Shown: positions 42,201 through 49,903 of the stretch, in pieces
How the letters are laid out: each line of letters begins with the position of its first letter
Position numbering within the stretch: the stretch's first letter is position 1
Assembly (NCBI GenBank): GCA_963793855.1
Contig: CAWCBL010000004.1
Span: forward strand, 1,088,356 to 1,152,355
Source of the DNA: an uncultured beta proteobacterium
GTDB taxonomy: Bacteria; Pseudomonadota; Gammaproteobacteria; Burkholderiales; Burkholderiaceae_C
Direction of reading: 5' to 3'
DNA length: 64,000 bases
Notes under the pieces: model-generated
The model's database searches: none
Told to the model about the DNA's origin: nothing
What the model saw: only the letters and a program-made list of their open reading frames with translations
Translations under genes and position numbers: made by a program

Positions 42201-43073
42201 TTCCGCTGCCACATAGCGCGCTGCGTCAGATTTTCCAACACGAGTGCGTCCCGACATCAATAGTGCACGCGATTGCGATAACTCATTAATCCACGCAGCC
42301 TCCAGCCCTCGTGGCACATAGTCAGCTGGGCGAATATCACCTCGCCGATTCACTGCCAGAATCGTGCGTACCTGCGGAAATGCATTGGTAGCGTGAACCT
42401 TGGCGTCTGTAATGTGATCTTTGATCTGATTCAGAGCGTCACGGCGGCGGTCGAGGGGAATGCCGTGCATTGCAGCCTGACAGGCTGCAATCACTTCGCC
42501 TTCACGGCGCAATTCGACTACGATGACTCTTGTCAGCGCCGCCTGTAATTTCGCTGAGTCAGTTGAATCGATGAAAATTCGCGCTTGAGCCTTGCGGGCC
42601 GTGTGCAACTTCCCCCCAGTCTTGCCGTCTGGGTCGGCCGCCAGGTACGCATTCCTCAACTGCTCAACGACGGAAGCGTTGATCCGGCTCTCGGAATGTG
42701 CTTCACCTGCCCACTCCGGATCGGCGACGTATACCGAAGCAGCATCCATACACCTGCCAGAAAAGACTAACAGGGCGTATCGGCTCGGATCATCGTAAAC
42801 ACGTTCAAGTAGCGAAGATTGACTGGCCCGCGGAGGATAGTGAATGAGGCATTGAGCAACTGCGCCGAGGTCAACATCTCCATGAGAGCCCTTAACTTGA
42901 ACCTCAAAATGACTGACTATGCTCGCCTTGGTAAGGCGCAGCAAACCGTCCTCTCCGCCAGGGCTTTCGGGGAATAACTCCACGGCTGGCTCCGCTATAA
43001 ATCGGAACATGAGGTCAATGCAGACCAGATCCTGGAACGTGAATTTCGCAGGTGATGTTATGGCTATGTTCAT
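39261..43073 (-). CDS. PD-(D/E)xK nuclease (Cap4/Mrr-like) - STAND NTPase - helical repeat protein, Avs/NLR-like defence candidate
   Basis: KFTFQD...EDG...EVQVK; Walker A GRTRVGKS; Walker B LVLLDDPL; ~700-aa helical C-terminus. Confidence 0.75.
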   Translation of the reverse strand: MNIAITSPAKFTFQDLVCIDLMFRFIAEPAVELFPESPGGEDGLLRLTKASIVSHFEVQVKGSHGDVDLGAVAQCLIHYPPRASQSSLLERVYDDPSRYALLVFSGRCMDAASVYVADPEWAGEAHSESRINASVVEQLRNAYLAADPDGKTGGKLHTARKAQARIFIDSTDSAKLQAALTRVIVVELRREGEVIAACQAAMHGIPLDRRRDALNQIKDHITDAKVHATNAFPQVRTILAVNRRGDIRPADYVPRGLEAAWINELSQSRALLMSGRTRVGKSDAARYVAAEFVQLGYEVRQVFDAQAAERFLQEPGEGPRLVLLDDPLNFDTSASGATLTLIEKLIRRLRPNQALIVAQGQETLLEVTGTTTVVGLSIAGKNWIDLSEFKPEFLEAVWRRQGEVMAVPSTILDLVAEPLRSGRLTLEPGCLTHLAAQHHRLPAKPTLFDCESLAREDAEALARRLRDDGYENILLALVVGTSASEPLDTESAAFILGSGGSRLPAEQSSRISIMTRREAAASLASALNYESAPSLTDRDERCLEFLEAHRIVAVALDGVSFSHPFYRAAGMQAVRPTTAASAARLINALRRALFCGRPQASKAAARNLDALYRQLQGRLEQESIISAASDAIKRCRFIATRDLCLAFLIRRFSGLPKKVQNELPSWVSRVDAVVSSVIWVDGECLAFDGVTESSDLWEMYRGRDKAEIVDTLAAVRSGGRIRPPPQALSQLIQYFEGNPSLMQQDDMKFLLGCDEAVLRAAACKAWLSVGREDDTEILELIFADNHPSVAKQALQGSLLGWKELNQIRRDLLAAKHAAICATPAGAAAVLSELTVFGRVEYTGPLDHTPWDLFIAAFPGVMRSLPGATTFNDARLYHVVDTAIKHVHVGAALDIVDSVIDWALERASQGDVLSDFQAGFTTLLLDATSNDPQLRAGRVKKLLGIHGTAGALRVVADLVTGWPSLRDDEREAVLNLIRSERTDVAWLRAVSITRRTVPLAVAQGVVGDDVDFSSADSIMAHLPQAILSAAVRVHAGEPQPLWWIGTHHSRSPVWADVIKQVALDGLQPTFDIAWSELFSFGKEEVLPALIAKLDATLLDRVFRILLALTVHANSEPMRDTWGTLFRRFDTEKIPAEWSGQINECIPEIVDDLNEIPRWFAPPYLADVEKMVQIDKLLFTMIETIEIAFKKSAPTELIALTTRTILLLLDKTPLRLLETCDVLIRWFGNGRWKSDDTVYRLKECRDDILKEHERIKEKYYFSPGVLEDWIRP

Positions 43074-43447
43074 GAGAAAATTTAAGGCATACCAAGGCCA
43101 ATAGCTTACTTATGTGATCTGAGCCCCAAGTCGATGCGCCCCGAACGTCGGATCCCTACTGTATGACAGACCTCGCCTCGAAACCGACGAACTTCCGCAA
43201 TGAGTCGTCAAAATCCGGCCATGAACGATCATTAGCCTGAGATCAATTGGGTTCCCTGTAAGCCGACACCGATGATCGACAGCAAACGCTGCAAAGCGGA
43301 AGTCTCTTTCATACTGAAACCGGATACCCGTGCGAACCAAGGCCTAGCTGAGGAATGCCGCCAACGAGCACATTTTCACGCTGGAGCGCTCACCCCAACG
43401 GGTTCGGAGTGTATGCGTCCGGCGAACACAGCTTGACTGTTGAACGA

Positions 43448-45070
43448 CTACAGGGTTAGCGGCGTCCAGCGATGGGGTAGCAGCTCTTCAATCAGATTAT
43501 TTTTGTGCGTTGGCAATCGTGTCAGAACGTCTTTCAAATAGGTGTACGGGTCATGGCCATTGAGCTTGGCGCTTTGGATCAGACTCATCACGGCCGCCGC
43601 CCGCTGGCCCGCGCGCAGTGAGCCCGCGAACAACCAGTTGCTCCGACCAATGGCAATCGACCGGATCTGGTTCTCAATCCAGTTGTTGTCGATGGGCAGG
43701 CGCCCGTCTTGCACAAACCTGGTCAGTGCAACCCAGCGTTTCAAGCTGTAGTCCAGCGCTTTGGCGGTGGCCGTCCCATCGGTAATACGTTGACGCTGCA
43801 ACAGCATCCACTGGTGCAAGGCATCAACCAGCAGCTTTGATTTGTCTTTGCGGATGCGGCCTCGTTCATCGGCGCTGAGATGTTTGACTTCCCGCTCCAC
43901 CTCATACAGCTGCCCGATGTAGATCAACGCCTGTTGGGCAATCTCGCTCTTGTTGCTGACAGAGAGGTCAAAGAACTTACGCCGGGCGTGCGCCATGCAG
44001 CCCACCTCGGTGATGGCCGCGCCGAAGCTGGCTTTGTAGCCACTGAAGTCGTCACAAACCAGACCACCGCTCCAGTCTCCCAGGAATGTTCTTGCATGCT
44101 CACCGGCGCGGGATTCGCAGAAGTCGTAGATTACGGCCTTTAAATCTTCAAAGGCCCCCGGAGCATAGGCCCAGAGGTAGGCCCGGTGGGTCTTCTTGTT
44201 GCCCGGCTTGAGCATGGCCACCGGGGTCTCATCTGCATGCAGCACGGCAGAGCGGAACATGGCCGTCTTCAGCGCATCGACCAGCGGCTGCAACTGCACG
44301 CCACACACGCCCACCCACTGCGCCAGGGTGGAGCGGGCGATGGCGTAGCCGGAACGCCCAAAGATGGTCTCCTGGCGGTACAGCGGCAAATGGTCAGAGT
44401 ACTTGGCCACCAGCACCTGTGCCAGCAAACCCGATGTGGGCAGGCCCTTGTCGATGATCTGGGCGGGTACCGGCGCTTGCCTCAAGGTCTGGCACTCGGA
44501 ACATACCCACTTGCCACGGACATGGCGTTGCACCGTGAGCACGCCCGGTGTGTAGTCCAGCTTCTCGCTGACGTCTTCGCCGATGCGCTTCAACTGGCAG
44601 CCGCAACTGCAGGTGGTGCTGTCGGGTTCGTGGTGCAACTCAACGCGGGGCAGCTCTGGTGGCAAGGCTGCGCGCTTGGGGCTCTGGCGGGGTTCTTTGG
44701 CTGCGTTGGCCGGTGGCGCCAGGTCCTGAAGCTCTTGCTCAATCGCGGCGATGTCGGCGTCGATGGTTTCATCCAGCAAACTGGCTTGGCCAGCGTCGAG
44801 CTGTTCGCGGCTGCGGCCAAACTTCCAGCGCTTGAGCACTGCCATCTCATGCGTGAGCTGGTCGATCTTGGCCTGGCGGTACAGGATCTCGCGGTCTTTG
44901 CTGGAGATGGTTTGGTCCAGGCTGGCGATTTGCTGGTCGAGTGCATTGATATGCAGATTGCGCGCACCGATCTCCTGATCGTTGCGAGCAACTTGTGCGA
45001 TCAAATCAGTGACGAGTTCGCGCAGTTGATCTGCGTTCAAGCCGGACAGTGATTCGGGGGCGACAACCAT
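43448..45070 (-). CDS. tnpC: IS66 transposase TnpC
   Basis: KYSDHLPLYRQ, LHADETP, CMAHARRKF, IDNNWIEN. Confidence 0.95.
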   Translation of the reverse strand: MVVAPESLSGLNADQLRELVTDLIAQVARNDQEIGARNLHINALDQQIASLDQTISSKDREILYRQAKIDQLTHEMAVLKRWKFGRSREQLDAGQASLLDETIDADIAAIEQELQDLAPPANAAKEPRQSPKRAALPPELPRVELHHEPDSTTCSCGCQLKRIGEDVSEKLDYTPGVLTVQRHVRGKWVCSECQTLRQAPVPAQIIDKGLPTSGLLAQVLVAKYSDHLPLYRQETIFGRSGYAIARSTLAQWVGVCGVQLQPLVDALKTAMFRSAVLHADETPVAMLKPGNKKTHRAYLWAYAPGAFEDLKAVIYDFCESRAGEHARTFLGDWSGGLVCDDFSGYKASFGAAITEVGCMAHARRKFFDLSVSNKSEIAQQALIYIGQLYEVEREVKHLSADERGRIRKDKSKLLVDALHQWMLLQRQRITDGTATAKALDYSLKRWVALTRFVQDGRLPIDNNWIENQIRSIAIGRSNWLFAGSLRAGQRAAAVMSLIQSAKLNGHDPYTYLKDVLTRLPTHKNNLIEELLPHRWTPLTL

Positions 45071-45152
45071 GAACGCAAAGTGTGCCCGTGCCTCCGAAAA
45101 TTGCCTATTGGCGCATCCCCCAATAGACGCAAACACACACCGCAATCCAGAA

Positions 45153-45506
45153 TCACACCACGCTGATAATGCCGCCCTCGCCGATGCGCGACCAGGGTAA
45201 GCCCAGTACCAAGGCATCCAATTGGGCGCGGCTCAGACTCACACGATTGACGCCACCGGGCGCACTTGCCGAACTTGTCTGGGGCCAAACGAAGTGGCCC
45301 CGGTGCAGCCGTCTGGCTGCCAGCCAAATGCCAATCCCGTCATGCACCAGCACCTTCATGCGGTTGGCGCGCCGGTTGGCAAAGAGGTAGGCTGTATGCG
45401 GGTGCGCGGCACCGAATACACCCACCACACGGGCTAGCGCCGTGTCCGTGCCAGCGCGCATGTCCAGGGGCACGGTGGACAGCCATACCGCGTCGATGCG
45501 AATCAC
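45153..45506 (-). CDS. tnpB: IS66 accessory protein TnpB
   Basis: DMRAG, FANRR, KVLVHDGIGIWLAARRL; GTG start overlaps tnpA stop. Confidence 0.92.
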   Translation of the reverse strand: MIRIDAVWLSTVPLDMRAGTDTALARVVGVFGAAHPHTAYLFANRRANRMKVLVHDGIGIWLAARRLHRGHFVWPQTSSASAPGGVNRVSLSRAQLDALVLGLPWSRIGEGGIISVV

Positions 45507-45883
45507 TGCAAGCACTCGCGCAGCCACTGGGCGCAGGCGGCGCCGCCGGCAAGTGGCCAGTGCACGACGATGGTGGCGTTGGCGCGTTTGACCTCAACGC
45601 GGATGTCAGCAGTGGGCTGCACGGTTGCCGGCTCTGTAGCCGAATTCAAGGTGACAGGCACAAAGGTCTGTGGCCGATTGACCAGTGTGCCCTGGCTGTG
45701 TTCTCGCAACCAGCGGTGCACGATGTTGGCATTGATGCCGTGCTGCATTGCCACCCCGGCAATGGACGCGCCGGGCTGGGCGCAGGCTCCGACAACTTGC
45801 AGTTTGAGTTCGGGACTGTAGAACCGTCGCTTGGGAACTTGGGGGGTGCGAGTCTCGCTCGCAATGGTGTGCATGATGTTCAT
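45503..45883 (-). CDS. tnpA: IS66 TnpA (HTH)
   Basis: RRFYSPELKLQVV, VAMQHGINANIVHRW, FVPV. Confidence 0.88.
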   Translation of the reverse strand: MNIMHTIASETRTPQVPKRRFYSPELKLQVVGACAQPGASIAGVAMQHGINANIVHRWLREHSQGTLVNRPQTFVPVTLNSATEPATVQPTADIRVEVKRANATIVVHWPLAGGAACAQWLRECLQ

Positions 45884-46162
45884 CGCGCACACTATCTCTG
45901 AATGTCAGCAAGCCTTCAATGTGTGTTCGCCGGACGCATACTTCGGAGTGTCTTCCAGGATCCCAGAGTCAAACTTGCCGAAGGTTAAGACTTCTTGGGG
46001 TCGGATCCATAGTTTTATTCGGCTGGATGCAGACCAGGCAGAAACTCAATTCCCGTTCGCCTGACCAACTCGCTGTAGCTGATTGGCCTTGAGGCCCGGG
46101 TACCGTGTCAGCGACTGGCCGGACGTCTACTGATTTGACTGGCGAACTCAGAATGCGACGGT

Positions 46163-49100
46163 TCAGCCACTCTGCGCAGGCATCAAGTGAGACAATCGGT
46201 CGGGCATGTGCACAAGGCCATCCTCGCCACGCGGAGCAAGCTCGTGTACTTGATACGGGATACCGGAACTCCGGCATTTGCGGCTCAAGAACTCCGCCTC
46301 CGAGCTGTCGTGAGTCGACAGGATGATTTGATAGCCAAGACCGTTCACCAGCTGGCGGAGCAGATCCATAAAGGCACTCGCGTGGATGACATCGTTGTGC
46401 TGCAGGGGGTCGTCCAATAAAAGCCCTTTCCAACGCGACCACCCAAACGTAGTGCTTGCTGCAAGCAGTGCGGCAACACTCAGCGCGGAAAGTTGCCCTT
46501 CACTGAAGTAATGGTTCGGGTTCATTTGCATTTGCGTTGTCGACCCGTCAGCCGCACGCTTGACAATGCCAGGCCGGAGTTCTGAGCGTGTCGCCGAGTG
46601 CTCGGCGTGATAGCTGATGGATTCATCGGACCACGTCATCAACGTGCGAGCAAAGCGCTTGATGGTGTTGTTCAGAGGTACAAGAACTTCATCGGCATAC
46701 GTCCCGGCGCGCTGCTGCATGCCGCTGCCCACAATCTCGACTCTCCCCCTCGCATTCTGAGCAATGTTGATGTCGTCCCGCGCCTCCATCGCTCGCTTCG
46801 CTAGAAGGTCGCCCACTTGCCGTTCAGACTCCACGCACTCCGCGTTTAGCTTGCTCGCGATCTCATCTTCAAGCTTGCGAAGCCGCTCGTCTCCAAGCCA
46901 TTTGCGGTATCCGGTGACCAAGAGCTGGAGCGCCCCTTCGATTGACCCTATGCGGGTGGAATGCTCAACCAAGCGTGCCCGATTCTCAACAAGGAATGAT
47001 CCGCTCGGCTCTCTCGACTGACCTGCCTGTACCCAAAGTCGAATATGTTCCAGCCGAGCTTTCGAACACCACTCCTGCCTTGAGGTGAGGGAGGCAAGTG
47101 CTTCTGCCTCGCGTGCCTCTACTTCCTGTAGGGAATTGCGAGTTGCACGCGCAGCTACGACATTTTCCTGCGCCATTTTTACTTGCTCGCTTGTCTCTTT
47201 GGAGTGCTTCTCTGCGGCCGCGCGTTCGTTCTCAAGGTCAACTAGGACTCCCTGCTCTGGCGTCCAAAGGTCAGGAGACTGGAGCAAATTTGATCGAGCC
47301 ATATGAATCGCCGCGAAAGCATCAGACAGCACCTGCTGCAGTGACGAGTGCTTTGCAGCTTCCGCCTTCAGTTCAGCTTCAGTAGCTTCGATCTGAACCT
47401 TGAGGTCGTCGGGTGCGGCTCCTTCGGTGAGCCTCCCGTCGAGCGTACTAAGCTCCTGTTCAAGCCTAGCAACGCCGGTCTCGTCGTATGTGGAATCAGC
47501 AACACCACCTTCCTCCACCAGCTGTTGGCGCAATTCGCCGCCTCGCGCACGATGCGCTGCAAGGATTGCTTCTAGCTGCTGAATTTCGGCTAGATTAGCG
47601 TCCTCTTGAGTAAGCTGCTGCTGCAAGCCTTCGGCCTTGAGCCGGGCTTCCGCAAGCGCCGTGGCCAACTGAGTGGCTGGTGTTGCGCTCGATACTGCTT
47701 GAGCCCGGGCGAGCTCAGCCAATCGACCAGGAAGAAACGGGGTGGTGCAAACCGGGCAGGAGGTGTCGTCGTGTCCAAGCCGGTGCGCGATCGCGGACAC
47801 TGCCTCTGTGATCGCCTGCACACGATCATCGTGCCGCCGAAGTTCCGACATATAAGCCGAGATTTGTTCGCGGACAGTTGCCGCATCGACCTCCAATTCA
47901 GCGTGCTTCGTGCGAGGGTCGTTAGCCGTTCTCACTCCCAGTAACTTAGTGACTCGATCAATCTCTGCCTTCAGTCTGGCGAGCTCGTCGGAGATTTTAG
48001 CTAATTTTCGTACCTGCACAAGACGGTCAGCGAGTGCGCGACGTTCGGCGCGTTGAGCAATGGCCGCGGCTAGTTGGCCCCGAAGCTGAGAGACCTGGAC
48101 TTCCATCGCTGCTGAAGCTACTGCCGTCGAACTTAGATTGGTTTCCGCTGATCTCTGTCGGGCCTGCGCGTCGGCCAACTGCTTAGAAGCGGCGAAAACT
48201 CGATCGATGGCGACCAAGCGATTTATCGCCTGACCGCCCTTCGCCTCGCTGGTCGCTAGCAAGTACGTTTCCTCGCTTAGTTTGGCATGGGCGACCTTCA
48301 GGTTGTCTAGCGCCCCTGCATGTCTCTGCTTGGTCGACTCGAGTTGGCTGGCAACCGCCATGGCATCGGAATTGCCGGCATCAAATGCTGCAACCAACTG
48401 AGCAAGCGAGTCGACCTGCCTCTGGTCCTTCTCAATTTGATCGTTGACAGCGCGCAGGATGGTCGCAAGCCGGTCAAGAATGGACTCGGGTTGCTCCTGT
48501 ACTTGGACCGGCGACCACATGAAGGCTGGAGATATTGAGAGGATCTGTTCCGCCAGAAGTCCTGCTGATGAGCGAAGCTCCAACGGTTGAACGGCGTTCT
48601 CAGACGAGGCGAGCTGCTTGGCACGGTCCCTTTCCCCGAGGAGGGCGTTCCAGGTCACCAACGCTTCCGAAGCGACCTCAAGCCGTTTCGTCCGTTCCTC
48701 AATCGCACGTGTGAAGGCGCGCCGGACACCCTGACCGCTCATGCGCTCGCGCAACGCGTTTATCCGGTCAACACCGGCTGGTCCTTTGAGCGCTTCCCAC
48801 TGCTCGTTCGGTTTCTTGAGGGAGAATCGCTGTGTCGAGGTCTGTCCAAACAAGTGGGTAAGCGAAAGATAGCCATGCAGATCGGCTATCTCAGCCCAAT
48901 CGCGCTGCTTGAGCAGCCTTGCGATCCCGGCTTCATCCGTCTGGAAGCCGGCGCCGCGGTCTATGGGTAGACCTTCAGAGAACTGAAGGCTCACTCGATG
49001 ACTATCTGTCGGAGCCCCAATTCTTGTGAGCGGGTCTTGCGCCTTGCGACGGCCGTCGACGTGAATGTCGCTGAATCGACCGACCTGTCCCGTCAGGGCC

Positions 49101-49252
49101 CACTCGACTCCGTCAAAAAAACTGGTCTTTCCGAAGCCATTTCCCCCAGTGATGAGCGTTACGCTTGGTTCCGTAGGAAACTCGTAGGCATAGCTGTCGC
49201 CATAAACGCGAAAGTTTGAGAACTCAACGCTGCGAAGGTATATGCCGCTCAT
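46163..49252 (-). CDS. lmuB: SMC/Rad50-like ABC ATPase, long Lamassu LmuB
   Basis: Walker A GGNGFGKTS, long coiled coils with central CPVC hook, signature FSEGQ, Walker B LLLDDP, STHD. Confidence 0.85.
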   Translation of the reverse strand: MSGIYLRSVEFSNFRVYGDSYAYEFPTEPSVTLITGGNGFGKTSFFDGVEWALTGQVGRFSDIHVDGRRKAQDPLTRIGAPTDSHRVSLQFSEGLPIDRGAGFQTDEAGIARLLKQRDWAEIADLHGYLSLTHLFGQTSTQRFSLKKPNEQWEALKGPAGVDRINALRERMSGQGVRRAFTRAIEERTKRLEVASEALVTWNALLGERDRAKQLASSENAVQPLELRSSAGLLAEQILSISPAFMWSPVQVQEQPESILDRLATILRAVNDQIEKDQRQVDSLAQLVAAFDAGNSDAMAVASQLESTKQRHAGALDNLKVAHAKLSEETYLLATSEAKGGQAINRLVAIDRVFAASKQLADAQARQRSAETNLSSTAVASAAMEVQVSQLRGQLAAAIAQRAERRALADRLVQVRKLAKISDELARLKAEIDRVTKLLGVRTANDPRTKHAELEVDAATVREQISAYMSELRRHDDRVQAITEAVSAIAHRLGHDDTSCPVCTTPFLPGRLAELARAQAVSSATPATQLATALAEARLKAEGLQQQLTQEDANLAEIQQLEAILAAHRARGGELRQQLVEEGGVADSTYDETGVARLEQELSTLDGRLTEGAAPDDLKVQIEATEAELKAEAAKHSSLQQVLSDAFAAIHMARSNLLQSPDLWTPEQGVLVDLENERAAAEKHSKETSEQVKMAQENVVAARATRNSLQEVEAREAEALASLTSRQEWCSKARLEHIRLWVQAGQSREPSGSFLVENRARLVEHSTRIGSIEGALQLLVTGYRKWLGDERLRKLEDEIASKLNAECVESERQVGDLLAKRAMEARDDINIAQNARGRVEIVGSGMQQRAGTYADEVLVPLNNTIKRFARTLMTWSDESISYHAEHSATRSELRPGIVKRAADGSTTQMQMNPNHYFSEGQLSALSVAALLAASTTFGWSRWKGLLLDDPLQHNDVIHASAFMDLLRQLVNGLGYQIILSTHDSSEAEFLSRKCRSSGIPYQVHELAPRGEDGLVHMPDRLSHLMPAQSG

Positions 49253-49902
49253 ACGACGTCCCCTTCCTCAAGCGCAATCAGTTGCTCGACGAGTCCGCTG
49301 AAGTCGAGCTCCTGATTTTGAAGAGCTTCTTCCCATCCGTTCGGAAGAGAGAAGTTCGCCATGGTATCCAGCGACTCCGTTCTTTGCTCGGACGGCCAGG
49401 GGCGAGCAACGAATGTCCGCTCCAGAAAATCACGAGCCTCATCTACGGAGGGTTGGGTACCGAAGAGCCAGACCTGCTTGCGACATACCCGGTCATCCGC
49501 CTCGATCTCCGCCGCAAACTGGCGCCAGGTTCCGTCCATAAGAGCTCCGGGCGGCCCCACCAAGAACAGGTGCAGGTTCGGAGCCTCCGAGCCAAGCCAA
49601 GACCGAGCAATCGTCGCCTGGTTCCGATATCGTCGTAGCTGCGAACCGACGATTGGAGCGCTTGGCGGACCGCCGAGAACGCCAATGAGAACAGGAAATC
49701 CATCAAGCGACGTCGCATAGACGTGCTCCGGAAGATCGCTTTCCCGCCGCCTCAGAGAGTCTCCCGAAATCGCATCGCTTAGGACTTCTGAGTTAAATCT
49801 AGTTCCTCGCAGGGACGGAGACACGTCGGCCACTGTTGCGCCGATGGCTCTAGCCGCATCAAGCAGCATGGCTGCCAAATCAGACCCATCTCCAATTATC
49901 AT
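49249..49902 (-). CDS. lmuC: ABC-three-component middle component, Lamassu LmuC
   Basis: 217 aa between effector and ATPase; EIEADDRVCRKQV; ATGA overlap with lmuB. Confidence 0.72.
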   Translation of the reverse strand: MIIGDGSDLAAMLLDAARAIGATVADVSPSLRGTRFNSEVLSDAISGDSLRRRESDLPEHVYATSLDGFPVLIGVLGGPPSAPIVGSQLRRYRNQATIARSWLGSEAPNLHLFLVGPPGALMDGTWRQFAAEIEADDRVCRKQVWLFGTQPSVDEARDFLERTFVARPWPSEQRTESLDTMANFSLPNGWEEALQNQELDFSGLVEQLIALEEGDVV

Positions 49903-49903
49903 C

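Larger units (their letters stand above)
43411..45941 (-). mobile_element. Intact IS66-family element, 2531 bp
   Basis: Perfect 20-bp IRs GTATGCGTCCGGCGAACACA (43411-43430, 45922-45941); 8-bp TSD TTCGGAGT at 43403-43410 and 45942-45949. Confidence 0.97.

Noticed and set aside
43272-46092. ~93-aa plus-strand ORF rebuilt by removing IS66
   Set aside because: No motif or RBS and odd composition; IS66 most likely hit intergenic DNA
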